Shown here piece by piece: positions 18,442 to 29,563 of a DNA stretch of 64,000 nucleotides (within the stretch, counting starts at the first letter, position 1; each line of letters opens with the position of its first letter). A program made the position numbers and the translations under genes. The notes beneath the pieces were generated by a model that saw only the letters and a program-made list of their open reading frames with translations, was not told where the DNA came from and ran no database searches. The stretch is from positions 1 to 64,000 of IMG/VR virus record IMGVR_UViG_3300005965_000002; one strand, written 5' to 3'.

Positions 18442-18927
18442 TTATTTTAGGGAATCTCGGACTTTTGTAAGGGTCTCTCCCAACCAATTTTTTCCCTTCC
18501 AATCCTTGGGATTGTTACATCGGGGATCGTCCCATTTCAGACCTATACCCCAAATCCTATCATATGGGCTACCTTCCACAAGAATGAGGGGTGCTGTCTC
18601 AATCAGTTTTTCTTTGAGCCCGGGGTTTTGGCTGTACTTAGCGTAGTTCCCTTCAAAGACAATATCTTTAGCCTTAGCATTCCATAATTCTTCGTTAAAA
18701 CCTTTAACTTTACGACCTAAAGCTTTTTGTTCTTTGGGGTTGTTTGTCGCCATTATTGATTCGAAGGTATGAAAGTCATTAAATATCCGAGCCTTCTCAG
18801 CCATCATAAACTGCTCAGCACAGCAATACACCCGACCTGCTACTGAAAAATCGGACATGTACCATTGAGACAGAAAGCCGTGCCAAAAGAACAGATACTT
18901 ATCAGTTTTTCTCATTTTCCGCCTCAT
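18442..18927 (-). CDS. NADAR family protein (YbiA-like)
   Basis: LSQWY, AEQFMMAEKA, KALGRKV, EGSPYDRIWGIG, GKNWLG. Confidence 0.92.
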   Translation of the reverse strand: MRRKMRKTDKYLFFWHGFLSQWYMSDFSVAGRVYCCAEQFMMAEKARIFNDFHTFESIMATNNPKEQKALGRKVKGFNEELWNAKAKDIVFEGNYAKYSQNPGLKEKLIETAPLILVEGSPYDRIWGIGLKWDDPRCNNPKDWKGKNWLGETLTKVRDSLK

Positions 18928-19717
18928 CCTTATAATCGAATTTGATAGAATGTAATAAGCTTGAATAATTTCGATTGAATGGTTTGGGTGTAGTTGTTTG
19001 AGTTATTTGGCCCCAGGTAGCAGGCTCGACAAATCTACGTCTTATTTTATAGCCGTCATAAGCTCTGTAATGGGGCAGCATCAATTCATTTATTTCTTTT
19101 TCCCCTACGAGGTTTTTTAGGTTTCTTTTCTTCTTCATTATTATCTGTTTTCTTAAAGCTGTTAATGTATCTTTTTTTCATTTCCTCAGTTTCATAGTAA
19201 GGACACTTACAAGAATCCGGTTCTATGACTTTTAAAACTGTCGGTATAATGATATCACATTTACCATTTTCTTGATTTAAACAGCTTTTTAAATTGCATT
19301 CATTCGTCTTTTTCTTGGTTATCTTCTCGCTCTTTTTGCCAGACAATTTTTACATCCCTCTCTAAATTGTATATCCTGTCATCTAATAATTCCCGGAAGC
19401 TTACGCCCATTGGTACCTTTCCAAGGGATTTTATTGAAAGATAATAGGTACCGCCCATCTGGACATTAGTCTTACGAAGAAGCTGCCCTTCAATGTAGTC
19501 CAACCTCCGAGTATCGTTGATAGAGATGGCTTGTTCCGGTTTTTGATTCCATTGAGTCCTGCAATTTGGCTCATTACACTGGCAGGTTAACCGTGTGCCG
19601 TCATTACTGAAATAGGCATTGATTTTAGCGCTCTTACAGTTAGGGCAGCAGGGCAATAGTAATCGGTTGCTGTACATAATAATCCTTTAATATAGTTCTA
19701 TTAAGAGAGGTATATCT

Positions 19718-20053
19718 ATGTCTAAAGATATTTCTGATAAAGTATCCCAGCGCATACAAGCTGGAGACCGTGGCGAATTTGTTAAATTACGCTATTCCTG
19801 CGATTATGGGCACGGTTTTTTGGGGTTGTTTGCTGCTCTCTTTAAAGGTAATATCGAGGAAGTCATTGATGACCCAGGCCCTCCTTACGTTGATAAAGCT
19901 CATATGCCTATGATTGTCAGGAACCTCTATTTCCTTTATAATGAGGGCAACGGAAATGAGCACCTAAAAGATATCCCCAAAAAATACCACAAATACATAT
20001 GTGATATTTCGGAACTTAACAAGCCTTCCTCAGACTGCCTCTTTGAGTCCTGA
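19718..20053 (+). CDS. hypothetical protein
   Basis: RBS GAGG; preceded by the TAATAATCCTTTAAT motif. Confidence 0.6.
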   Translation: MSKDISDKVSQRIQAGDRGEFVKLRYSCDYGHGFLGLFAALFKGNIEEVIDDPGPPYVDKAHMPMIVRNLYFLYNEGNGNEHLKDIPKKYHKYICDISELNKPSSDCLFES

Positions 20054-20387
20054 TAGAATATACTAATTAAAATAACTATTTTAAATCACTTTTTATCGAG
20101 CATATCTAGCTTGTATAAAAGTCCTGCTGTTTTGTGATCCACCAGATGTCCGTGGAAGGTATTTGCTGAGGATCCAGGAGGGGTGTAAGGAGCATACCAT
20201 TTGGTCTTTTTCTCAACCTCTGATAGCTCCCGGGGCTCGTCGTAGGCTCCGATTTCAGTAGCATTACAGTGCTCACAGTGGTAGGGCCCACACTGTACGT
20301 ACCCTACTTCTACATCAACCCAATCTGCTTCGCATTCTGCTCCACAGTACGGGCATTTTTTCTTCGGCCTCTCGTACGCCGATCTCA

Positions 20388-21443
20388 TTAAAAATCCTCT
20401 TTAGAGTTTTTTCTTAGTATCTCATAGATTTTTCGGCCCTGCTCTATGTTTTCCTTGGGCTCTTTTTTGCCTTCATTTTCTATCATTGATTCAATAAAGG
20501 CCTTTGTTTGTTCTTCATTGAGAGGAGGAGTACAGCGTATTCGTAGCCGTGGCTCGTCATCATATTCCAGAGTACCATAAATATCCTCATACTCCTTTAA
20601 AGCTTGCCGCTCAGCTTCATCAACAATCAAAGAAATGTTGCAATCATACAGTCCGGCACAGGAGAACGAACCTATCTCTAACAATCTCATTTCCCCTTCG
20701 GCAGTTTCACAGATGTCTATGACATACATAGGATCCGGATTGTAGCCCTCATTAGCTATTTCCTGTGCCTTTTTTAATGCAGCTTTATCTTTTGGGAAGT
20801 TAACGATATCGATTTCTCGGTATTTACCAGAGCTTATAGGTCCTATTCTTTCTTTGTACAAGCTGCCTGTAACTACTTTTTTATCTGATATAATAAATCG
20901 CCATTCCCTGATAATAACTTTAGGGGAGCTGATAATGACCAAAGAATGTGGCTCTGTGAATTCCTCTACCCAGTCCCAGTCGCTTTCAAAATGCTTCTCA
21001 TGGAAAACTTTTCCAGTAAAAGTTTTGTGCCCGGAACTCGGGCGCATAAAGAGAGCGTTTTCCTCACTACCAAAGGTCTTTTTAAGAAAACCCATTTGGC
21101 GAGGGACTTCTGCTCGGGGAAGCATTACGTAGTCGGAATTAAGATGGTGATGCCCTAAAGATGCATAATAACGAGAGCACTCGTACGCGATGCTGTTTAG
21201 CCAGGGACCTGGTACCCAGTAGTCCTCTTTTTGTAATTGTCTACAAAGATTAATAGATCCTTGCACAACAACGCAATCATGTCCTTTAAAAAAATGACTA
21301 TACTTCCCGCTTTTAAATGGGCGATATTTTACTACCTCGGTCTGTAGCCCCCGTCTACGGGTTTCTTCAGCTAATTTGTCAAACTTGTTATCCGCTTCGA
21401 AATCTTCTATTAACCATCTTGGTCTTACTTTAGCTATAGCCAT
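20388..21443 (-). CDS. ATP-grasp domain protein (DUF4343/R2K-like)
   Basis: FMRPSSGHKTFTG, EWRF, YVIDIC, EIGSFSCAGLY. Confidence 0.75.
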   Translation of the reverse strand: MAIAKVRPRWLIEDFEADNKFDKLAEETRRRGLQTEVVKYRPFKSGKYSHFFKGHDCVVVQGSINLCRQLQKEDYWVPGPWLNSIAYECSRYYASLGHHHLNSDYVMLPRAEVPRQMGFLKKTFGSEENALFMRPSSGHKTFTGKVFHEKHFESDWDWVEEFTEPHSLVIISSPKVIIREWRFIISDKKVVTGSLYKERIGPISSGKYREIDIVNFPKDKAALKKAQEIANEGYNPDPMYVIDICETAEGEMRLLEIGSFSCAGLYDCNISLIVDEAERQALKEYEDIYGTLEYDDEPRLRIRCTPPLNEEQTKAFIESMIENEGKKEPKENIEQGRKIYEILRKNSKEDF

Positions 21444-21612
21444 TTTTCAATTAAACCTTATAGTTATCACTTATTGAGTTTTTGTAGTTCTTGTTTTACT
21501 TCAGAAATATTTGTGTCAATACTTTCCAGCTTATCACATATGATAAGTAAAGAAAATAAAACTATGATTCCATATAGATATCGCATTATTAGGGTTCCTA
21601 ATTAAAATAAGA

Positions 21613-21699
21613 TGGCGGAGGGTGAGGGATTTGAACCCCCGTGCCCTTTCGGACGCTTGTTTAGCAAACAAGTGGTTTTACCGATTCACCCAACCCTCC
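21613..21699 (-). tRNA. tRNA-Ser(GCT)
   Basis: CTTGT-TTGCTAA-ACAAG; long variable arm; CCA. Confidence 0.93.
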
Positions 21700-21725
21700 G
21701 TTATCCTTGTACCGGAATGTATATA

Positions 21726-21996
21726 TTAGACCAAGCAAATGGATATGAATGTGCTTGGGGGTAGAACTTCTAACATTAATTTTCTTCCGCCCTGATTGAG
21801 GGAATGGACATAAACTTCTGGCGGACATCTATCTAAATTCCTTGATAGCCATTCTGCTACCTCGTATCCGGTACCCTCTCCGGAAGGGACATAGACTTTA
21901 CCGTCTAAGTCGTGATCAAGATATAAAAGATCCCACAAATTTGCGACGAAATAGCTTCATCCTATCCAAATCATCTTCGAGTATTAAAACATTCAT
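21726..21996 (-). pseudogene. cyclic-phosphate-processing receiver-like domain, frameshifted or internally deleted
   Basis: MNVLILEDD..R in one frame; LDHDL..GTGYEVA.WL..HSLN in another. Confidence 0.6.
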
Positions 21997-22502
21997 GAGC
22001 ATGCTTTCATAATTAAATAGCTATCAATTTTTCTTTTAATGTTGTCTATATGTTTGTCCAGACTCCAAGAAATATCTTCACCTAATTCTGGGTGGATAAG
22101 ATTTAGCTGAATAAACACATCTTTTTCTCTTTTATACCCGGGTTCTACGCCGACTGCAATCTCATGTAGATAGTCAGCTTTGTATTGTCTAAGGGCTACC
22201 TGTCTGCCGAGTTCATACATGCAAATAGGCTGGTCGCTAGGGGCATCGCTAAACCACATTGAAAATATGTCACATTGGTTTAGTGCGTGGAATTCCCAAG
22301 TAATTTGTTCCTCAGAAGCGTTTGGGTCATCGATAGGAAAGTTTTCTCTCCGAGGATTTAAAATGATACAATCAGTACCTTCTAATCCTTTGATTACTTC
22401 ATCCTGCCAATTTGGGCAGTTTGTTATACCTCCGGCTAAAAACACGGAAGGTAATCCTTGTACCCCCAACGTAAACGGACGAGGAGCTGTGTACAGTATC
22501 AT
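21993..22502 (-). CDS. nucleoside 2-deoxyribosyltransferase-like protein
   Basis: VFLAGGI..CPNWQ, LNPRR, QITWE, ELG motifs. Confidence 0.8.
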   Translation of the reverse strand: MILYTAPRPFTLGVQGLPSVFLAGGITNCPNWQDEVIKGLEGTDCIILNPRRENFPIDDPNASEEQITWEFHALNQCDIFSMWFSDAPSDQPICMYELGRQVALRQYKADYLHEIAVGVEPGYKREKDVFIQLNLIHPELGEDISWSLDKHIDNIKRKIDSYLIMKACS

Positions 22503-23616
22503 TTTATCTCCTGGAAAATCCCATGGTTTTATTTTTATTTTTTATCTGATTTAGAGTGTACTTCAGCTTTATAATTGCATTTGCGTAAACAGAAAAAGCT
22601 GTAATCAGGTTAGCAGTCAGCATTAAAATATAGGCTGCTTTCGCAAATGCTTTTTTTGTTCTCATATTGAGCATTACTGTTGGACCTCAAACACCTCTTC
22701 ACAGAGATGGTAGCTGTCTCTTTTTTCTTTTGCGATGGCTCTACATTTATCGCATTCGCCATCAGGCTTCCTATGCACGCAAACTACATTCTCATAAAGA
22801 GGATCCCAGGTTACGTAAACCTTTTCTTTATCTTTATTGTGTGAGTAGGATTTCTGAGCCTCAAGTACCCAACCGATATTTAAATTAAAAAGATGCTCAA
22901 GAGAATCGTACTCTTTATCTGGTATATGTCCCTTTAGGGGTATTAACCGACCAACACAGCTAGTCCAGTATCTACCCTCCCCCAAGGATTGTAAATCATA
23001 ATAGTAGTCATCTTTATCCGTTTTGAAATCTATCAAACGTACTACCGTCGTTCCGTCTATCAGCAGATCACCTTTATGTTTTTCAACAAACTGGATTAAA
23101 TCAGTTTTAGAAGATTGAGGGAAGTATGAATCGCAATCTTTGAGGTTGGTTTCTTCCTCGGCGCATTCAGATTTGGGGAGAGGAGTTACTTCGCCGGTTA
23201 GATATTCAAACTTATATCTGCAGGATTCACAAGGACCCTTCATACGTCATTCCTTTTCCATCCGTAGTTAAAAATAAACCAGTCTGCAGCTTTTTTTAGT
23301 TCTGTTTTTCTTCTCGATGATGGGAAGCGAAGCATCTCAAGTCGAGCTTCTTTGGTTTTGTACCAATAATCTACAAGCCAGTCATGAAATGAGATCTCTT
23401 CTTTTTTATTCCATGTGTGTGAGCAGTACCATTGGGGGTCAAAGAAATCAACATCTTCATATTTGACATTTACTCTGCTACACATTTCTTTCAGTGCCGC
23501 TTTTACATGGGTTCCAAACTCTCTTTTTTGAGGTTTATCTTGAGTGTCCATAGATATCTCCTTTTCAAAGCACAGAATAATGTATTATTTGGAGATCCGT
23601 ATTTAAAGAAAATTAG

Positions 23617-23688
23617 AGAAGAAGGCAGGAATCGAACCCACGCCTTCTCCCGGACAGGGAGTGTTCAACCAGCTTAAACTACTTCTTC
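23617..23688 (-). ncRNA. atypical tRNA-Asp(GTC)-like RNA
   Basis: Acceptor GAAGAAG/CTTCTTC, normal T arm, anticodon arm CTCCC-TGTCC-GGGAG (5-nt loop). Confidence 0.6.
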
Positions 23689-23872
23689 TCTAACATAGAG
23701 GCGGCTAAGGCCTTCAGGTGGCTACAAGGTTTTTCCTTGTTATCCATATTTATCACGCAACCACAAACTGTGCAGATTACGTTTGATACCTTAAGTGTGT
23801 GGGTTTCTACTCGTTCGAAGGCTTTTTTAATTTCTTCTACATCAATAGTCATATTATATTCTCCTAAAAAAA

Positions 23873-23947
23873 TGGCGGGCCCACGGAGAATTGAACTCCG
23901 GTTACGAGATTGACAGTCTCGCGTCCTAGCCACTAGACGATGAGCCC
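23873..23947 (-). tRNA. tRNA-Asp(GTC)
   Basis: CGAGA-CTGTCAA-TCTCG; CCA. Confidence 0.93.
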
Positions 23948-23953
23948 TTAAAC

Positions 23954-24031
23954 TGGTAGGGACGCCCGGGATTGAACCGGGGACAACGCGGATTTTCAGT
24001 CCGCTGCTCTACCAAACTGAGCTAAGTGGCC
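23954..24031 (-). tRNA. tRNA-Phe(GAA) with mismatched (chimeric) acceptor stem
   Basis: GCGGA-CTGAAAA-TCCGC; 5' GGCCACT versus 3' CGTCCCT has 3 mismatches. Confidence 0.75.
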
Positions 24032-24081
24032 TTAAATTTATTTTAAAGCCACTAAAGTCAGAATCTCCCATCATTGCCTCC

Positions 24082-24304
24082 AAAAAGAGAAACCCCGCTG
24101 AACTTTCGCTCGGCGGGGTTTCTCTTGAATTCACTTTTATAAAAAGTTATCTTCGAGACCCCCGCCCGGGCATAATATCATCGCCACTATCAAAATCGAT
24201 AGCGCTCATGCTGATGATAAAAATGCTGGTTACGATAGTCATTGAAGATAAACTCCTATTCATTGGTTCGTTTCTAATATACCCTTTTGTTACAAGGAAT
24301 TCAA
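24082..24304 (-). promoter_or_regulatory. attenuator 2: promoter TTGAAT-N17-TATATT, leader ORF 24242-24147, antiterminator, terminator 24126-24082
   Basis: Leader MTIVTSIFIISMSAIDFDSGDDIMPGRGSRR (RBS AGGAG); GGCGGGGGTCTC pairs with GAGAAACCCCGCC. Confidence 0.85.
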
Positions 24305-24392
24305 ATACTTTTTTCAGAAAGTTTAGGAACCCATTAATAATCTTATAATATTTTCTTGTTATAAGATATTTTCTGTAAAGAGGGGCTACATA

Positions 24393-26543
24393 ATGGATTG
24401 GGTAGGATTAAGTTTATTTGGATATAGAGAAGCTGCAAGAAAATTTAAAAAACCTGCAGATCTTCAGTCTATACTAAAGACCATCAATATCACCTCAGAA
24501 CAATTTGAAGAGATTCGAAAAGAGGTGGCTCAAAAAGATACAGCCGGGTTAAAAGTAACTGCTCAGACTTCTGGGGCTATTGAATTATATGATCCGATCA
24601 TCACCTACCTTACTTGGATAGTACTACACGACAAGTTTAAATCTAAAAAAGAAAAGCCTGAATATCCTACTCACCAAGAATATGATTTCTTTCATGATTT
24701 ATTAGTTGCTGGTAAATTTGATGATATAAGAAAAATCATATCTAATGATAATGTTCCTCGTAACCAGCTACAGCAATATATACAGAAATTTCAGTCTTCC
24801 AATAAGTCAGATAATAAGCTCACCAAAGAAGATTTGAAAGTTTTAAATAATAAAAAAGAAGTAGTTGATTTAGGGGGAGGGTGGTCTTGGATAACCCTAG
24901 TAGATGATCAAGGCAACATAAAAGGTGGTTCTACGGTACTTACTAAAATACTAGGTCACTGTGGTAACGGTGAAGGTTTACCTGGAGATAAAATGTATCT
25001 ATTAAGTAATAAAACCATGGGACTTATACCTACTATCAAAGCTACAGTTATTGTTGATGGTGAAGGAAAAATCAGGGAGTCTAAGGCTTCTTTCAATAGA
25101 AAGATAAACATTAATAAATATGGGGGTGCCTTCTTAAAACTTCTTGAGCAACCTTTCGTAAAAGGCCTAGACGATAGTGGTGCTTACATGGCTGATTCAA
25201 ATCTCCATATGAGTGACTTTTCTGGTACTCCTTTTGAAGAACAAGCCAAGGCTCTTATAGAGAAAAAACCTAATCTTATGAATAATGATTTTGATCAAGT
25301 TATTACTAAATATAAAGATGAAGTATCAAGTCTCTCCCCAGAAGATAAAAAAGACGAATTACGGAAATTATTAGAAGATGGTCATATAAATTTAGTACAA
25401 GCTCGCGCCTTGAATGGCGGAAAATTTCCCTTTACAGACGACGAGTTGGTCGGTATGATTGATGGGGGATTAGATATAGGAAAGATAATTTCTGCCGGTA
25501 ATAGCTTATTTAGCCTTAAAGTGCAGCAAGCTTTAGCAAAAAAAGATCCTTCAAAAAACATCTCTTACATGCTTTACATGGCAGCTACTTTAAATAACAG
25601 TCCTATAGATAAAAAAATTCTTATAGAGGGTCTTAATTCCGCAAAAAAATTTAAAATGAATAGCTTTGCAGGTGATGTAGGAGATGAGACAAAAAATAAA
25701 TTAACTTCTTACTTGAAAAAGAATACTGATTTATTGTCCGCTTATCTTAAGAAAGATCCCTCGGCTATAGATTATTTCCCTGAAGACCAGCGAATGCATA
25801 TATTTAATAAAATGCCCGAGGCGTTCGCCGAAGTGTTTAAAAAAGTTCCTTCGGCTATACGTTATTTCCCTGAAGATAAAAGGATGGATATCTTTAACCA
25901 AATGCCCGAGGCGTTCGCCGAAGGGTTTTATGAAGACCCCTCGTCTATTGGTTATTTCCCTGAAGATAAAAGGATGGATATCTTTAACCGAATGCCCGAG
26001 GTGTTCGCCGAAGGGTTTAAAGAAGTTCCTTGGTCTATAAGTTATTTCCCTGAAGATAAAAAGATGGATATCTTTAACCGAATGCCCGAGGCGTTCGCCG
26101 AAGGGTTTAAAAAAATTCCTTCGGCTATAGGTTATTTCCCTGAAGACCAACACGGTTATATAAAGGAAACTATAAGAAAAATAAATGAGAAGAATAGAAC
26201 AAAGGAAGCGGCTACTATGAACAAGATATCTACCCTGTTAGACACAATAGCCAACCGATTGGAAGCAAAAGGCCTAATTAAGGAAGCTTTCAGCTTAGAT
26301 ACAATAGCAAATACTCTTGAAAAATGTGCTGCTATAGATCCATATGCGGCTACCTTGATAGCCCATGCAAAAGGTAATATGAATCAAATTCAGCAAGCTG
26401 CTCAAGATGTTAAGCAACTAGGGAAGAAAGGTATAGAATCGGTAGGCCCTGTAGAAGAAGTATTAGAAAAGCATAACTTAACTTTAAAGTCCAAGGATGA
26501 GGCTGCTTTAGAAAATCTTTGTGCTAATCTTTTAAAGATCTAA
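24393..26543 (+). CDS. large hypothetical protein with 30-aa tandem repeats and the shared motif near the C-terminus
   Basis: 716-aa ORF; preceded by TAATAATCTTATAAT. Confidence 0.75.
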   Translation: MDWVGLSLFGYREAARKFKKPADLQSILKTINITSEQFEEIRKEVAQKDTAGLKVTAQTSGAIELYDPIITYLTWIVLHDKFKSKKEKPEYPTHQEYDFFHDLLVAGKFDDIRKIISNDNVPRNQLQQYIQKFQSSNKSDNKLTKEDLKVLNNKKEVVDLGGGWSWITLVDDQGNIKGGSTVLTKILGHCGNGEGLPGDKMYLLSNKTMGLIPTIKATVIVDGEGKIRESKASFNRKININKYGGAFLKLLEQPFVKGLDDSGAYMADSNLHMSDFSGTPFEEQAKALIEKKPNLMNNDFDQVITKYKDEVSSLSPEDKKDELRKLLEDGHINLVQARALNGGKFPFTDDELVGMIDGGLDIGKIISAGNSLFSLKVQQALAKKDPSKNISYMLYMAATLNNSPIDKKILIEGLNSAKKFKMNSFAGDVGDETKNKLTSYLKKNTDLLSAYLKKDPSAIDYFPEDQRMHIFNKMPEAFAEVFKKVPSAIRYFPEDKRMDIFNQMPEAFAEGFYEDPSSIGYFPEDKRMDIFNRMPEVFAEGFKEVPWSISYFPEDKKMDIFNRMPEAFAEGFKKIPSAIGYFPEDQHGYIKETIRKINEKNRTKEAATMNKISTLLDTIANRLEAKGLIKEAFSLDTIANTLEKCAAIDPYAATLIAHAKGNMNQIQQAAQDVKQLGKKGIESVGPVEEVLEKHNLTLKSKDEAALENLCANLLKI
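25758..26150 (+). repeat. 90-nt (30-aa) tandem repeat, 4 full copies plus 1 partial
   Basis: TATTTCCCTGAAGA recurs at 25773, 25863, 25953, 26043 and 26133. Confidence 0.95.
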
Positions 26544-26713
26544 AGAGTATCGGGTATTGATGCTTTTTCGGTTTCTTCTAATTCTTTTTGTAACGCCTTT
26601 ATATTTTCACGAGTTTCGTATATTATGCAGTGGTAGCTGTCATCAGTGTTATGTAGAAAATGCTCAAGCAATTTTATTGATTTTCTTAGCGTCTGTGCCT
26701 TCATTTTTATACC

Positions 26714-27334
26714 TCACAGAAAAACATGGTCTGCGTTTTTAACAAGAGCCTCGACGGCAGCACATTCTTTTGTGACAACTTTTTTTCTAAAGTTGTCTGT
26801 TTCGTTTTCTTTTTTCCTTTTCTTTCGGAAATCGTAGGTAGATTCTGGATCCGTCTTTCCTATGTGTACTTTAATATTAGAAGGAATATTAGAATGACAG
26901 CCATACAATCCTTCAAAAATTAATACATCACAGCTAGATTTATCTATGCTTGCATTAATTACTGCAGTGGAGAATTTTGACATTTGAAAGAACTGCACCC
27001 TATTGTAGAGTGGGTTATAAAAGGTCTCGTATGTCCAAGCCAGGCGTTTCCAGTCCATCTCTTTAGGTCCAATTACTTTGTTTTTCTTCCGTATATCATT
27101 ACGGGTGTGCCAGGGAGTCATGTAATAGTCATCCCCAGATATTATATGGCACTGCTTACCGGAACAGATGAGCATCTCGGCCAGTTTATGTGCTGTCTCC
27201 GATTTGCGCGTTCCTGAGATACCACCAATAGAGATGGTGAAGCGCTTTAATAAAAGCTTTTTATCTAGACCCTCAAAAATTTGTTTAGAATACTTTTCGC
27301 TAATAGCATCCCAAACCAAATAATCGCCGAACAT
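26714..27334 (-). CDS. uridine-kinase-like P-loop protein
   Basis: ISIGGISGTRKS, ISGDDYY, LIFEGLY. Confidence 0.7.
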   Translation of the reverse strand: MFGDYLVWDAISEKYSKQIFEGLDKKLLLKRFTISIGGISGTRKSETAHKLAEMLICSGKQCHIISGDDYYMTPWHTRNDIRKKNKVIGPKEMDWKRLAWTYETFYNPLYNRVQFFQMSKFSTAVINASIDKSSCDVLIFEGLYGCHSNIPSNIKVHIGKTDPESTYDFRKKRKKENETDNFRKKVVTKECAAVEALVKNADHVFL

Positions 27335-27371
27335 AATACACTCGCTATCAGTTATTGCTTAGACTGAACAT

Positions 27372-27410
27372 AAAAAAAAGGCCCCGTCAATAGATAATAT
27401 CAGCGGAACC
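27372..27410 (-). terminator. intrinsic terminator after the 81-aa ORF 27439-27684
   Basis: GGTTCCG...CGGGGCC followed by T8. Confidence 0.6.
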
Positions 27411-27906
27411 TAAACCTTAGACTTTTAAGCTAGGCCACTTACAGGTTATTAGCAATCCAGCTAGGAGCTCCTGCATACATCTTCAAGTAACCGCCTCCAG
27501 CCGATCCCTGTGTTTGGGTAGGCTTAACCTCAGTCTCAGTAGAGGGGGCACCATTTACCGGGTTGTTTCCGGCAGAATTATCCACAACGTCTCCACTAGG
27601 ATTACCCATGTTGGTATCTTTGGTCTCGAAAGTTGTGTTAATAGAGAATCCGCTCATTCCAGCATAAGAAGTATCTGTAGACATAATTTCCCCTTTATTG
27701 AGTTATTTTCAACGATTGTCTCAAAAGTATCGCTATGAACTATTAAATATTAAATGATTATTAATTTTTGTATGGAGGAGTTAAGTCACCATTTTTATCG
27801 ATAAATCCTTTTTTCTCAAGGAAAGCTCGTGCCGCTTTTTTACTCCTGCATATCTTTCTAGAGTATGCCCTTAGAGCTTTTATTTCTCTTTTTAGTTCTT
27901 TTTGTG

Positions 27907-28539
27907 TCATTTTATAAGGTTATGCTTATGAGCTATATCTAAAATGATTTTACATGTCCAGGCATCAACACCCGTAACCTCAGCAACTGAGTGCTCGGTG
28001 TCTGCTCCCTTATTAAAAGCTTGAATAACAAGATAGGCTTTTTCGGGGGGGATATCATTGTTCGCTATTTCATCGCTGAAACTAATTACGTTAATAGAAT
28101 CCCAGTTGGACTCGATGGTATTAGCTATAATATCCATTAAGTAAGATTCTTCGAAGGCTCCTTTTTCTTCTAAAGAATTTGCTATCTTTTCAATAGCCTG
28201 TATGGCGAGCTTAAGCGATAATTGCTCAGCTTCTTGCTTAGGTTCCTGCTTAGGTTTTTTCTCGGGCTTTTGCTTTTTTGCTCCTATCCTATCTATATCT
28301 AAATATTTTCTCCATTCCGAGAATGAAAAAGGATCCTTGCCCTTTTTTGGGCATACATAATCGACAAATTTAAAAAATTTTTGAAGTTTGTCGTAGCGGG
28401 TAGAGGATAAGGAGCGGGGCTCCCATTCCTTTAAAGGAATAGGAGTAACGGTATACTCTTTACCGTTATATAGAAAGGAAAACTGGCGTAAACCGGTATC
28501 GTGGTCTTTTGTCTCGCTTGTTACAATCGGATTCTGCAT
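27907..28539 (-). CDS. hypothetical protein with the shared IANxLExKG motif
   Basis: AIEKIANSLEEKGAFEESYLMDIIANTIE. Confidence 0.7.
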   Translation of the reverse strand: MQNPIVTSETKDHDTGLRQFSFLYNGKEYTVTPIPLKEWEPRSLSSTRYDKLQKFFKFVDYVCPKKGKDPFSFSEWRKYLDIDRIGAKKQKPEKKPKQEPKQEAEQLSLKLAIQAIEKIANSLEEKGAFEESYLMDIIANTIESNWDSINVISFSDEIANNDIPPEKAYLVIQAFNKGADTEHSVAEVTGVDAWTCKIILDIAHKHNLIK

Positions 28540-29563
28540 ATTTCCTCCTGCAACAATCGAGTTATAATGAATAGATAATTATAACGTAAGAATCTCTGTT
28601 TCACCAACGTCTTCAGGTAGTTCTTCGACTACCATCTTTGTGCTTTTATCCTTAGTGTTAAACCAGAAAAATATCTGATTATGATGGGTTGTAAAGGATT
28701 TTTCATCAAATTTGTCATTAGATGTGGTAGGGAATATCTCCTTATGTTCCTTTATAGCTCTTTCAATTAATCTTTTTCTTATGCTTTCCATGATTGTTTC
28801 CTTCTTTATTTTTTAACTGATTAAACAGTTTTTTTGTATTATTTATCATTGTTTTTAAGATATTAGGATCTTCTATATATTTTACGTTATCAGGGTTACT
28901 CTCGCTTACACAAATTAAATCAGATAGTATTGTGTCTGATATATCGTGAGACTCAACAATGTTGAAGAAAAAGTCGATCCCTTTTTCTGTAAATATTTTT
29001 TCCTTTAAATTAGCACAACACCGGGGCGTGCGGCTATTCTCATTATCTAAAAATTCCCTGGAGTTATCCAATAGAGTTGTGAATAAATCATACTCATAAA
29101 AATAGCTTTTTTGTCTCTGATATAACGTTTTAGTTCTTCATATGTAATTGATATTTTGTATGTTCTTTTAGACTGAATCTTCAAGGATCCATTATGCCTT
29201 GAAATATTAACCTTTGCTGGATCTGTTTTTTTATAGTTTTTTGACATCCATATAGGTTCATAATTATCGACTGAACGGTATCTATCTATATCTTCTTCTA
29301 CGTTATCGGAGTGGACATAGCCGGAGGAAGCCCACTCATCCAGATCATTATCATATATCGCTCTAGAAGCAACTTCCCAGGCTACTGAGTTACCACCTGT
29401 CTCCTTGCTTATAGTCTGATACAATACATAATACTTTTTCAGATCAAATTCTATGCCCATATGGTTTTCAACGGTATCGCCCACTTTATCTGTTTTAAGT
29501 ATAGCAATGAGCTCAACTTCTTTCAAGTCTTTAAAAGCTTCTAAGCATTTATCAATAAATACG

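Noticed and set aside
25758-26150. Regularly spaced repeats resembling a CRISPR array
   Set aside because: Units are 90-nt in-frame coding repeats with similar, not unique, intervening sequence; no cas genes seen.
27372-27684. 81-aa G/S/T/N-rich ORF plus terminator as a sixth attenuator or RiPP precursor
   Set aside because: No antiterminator complementarity, no downstream tRNAs and no adjacent modifying enzyme.
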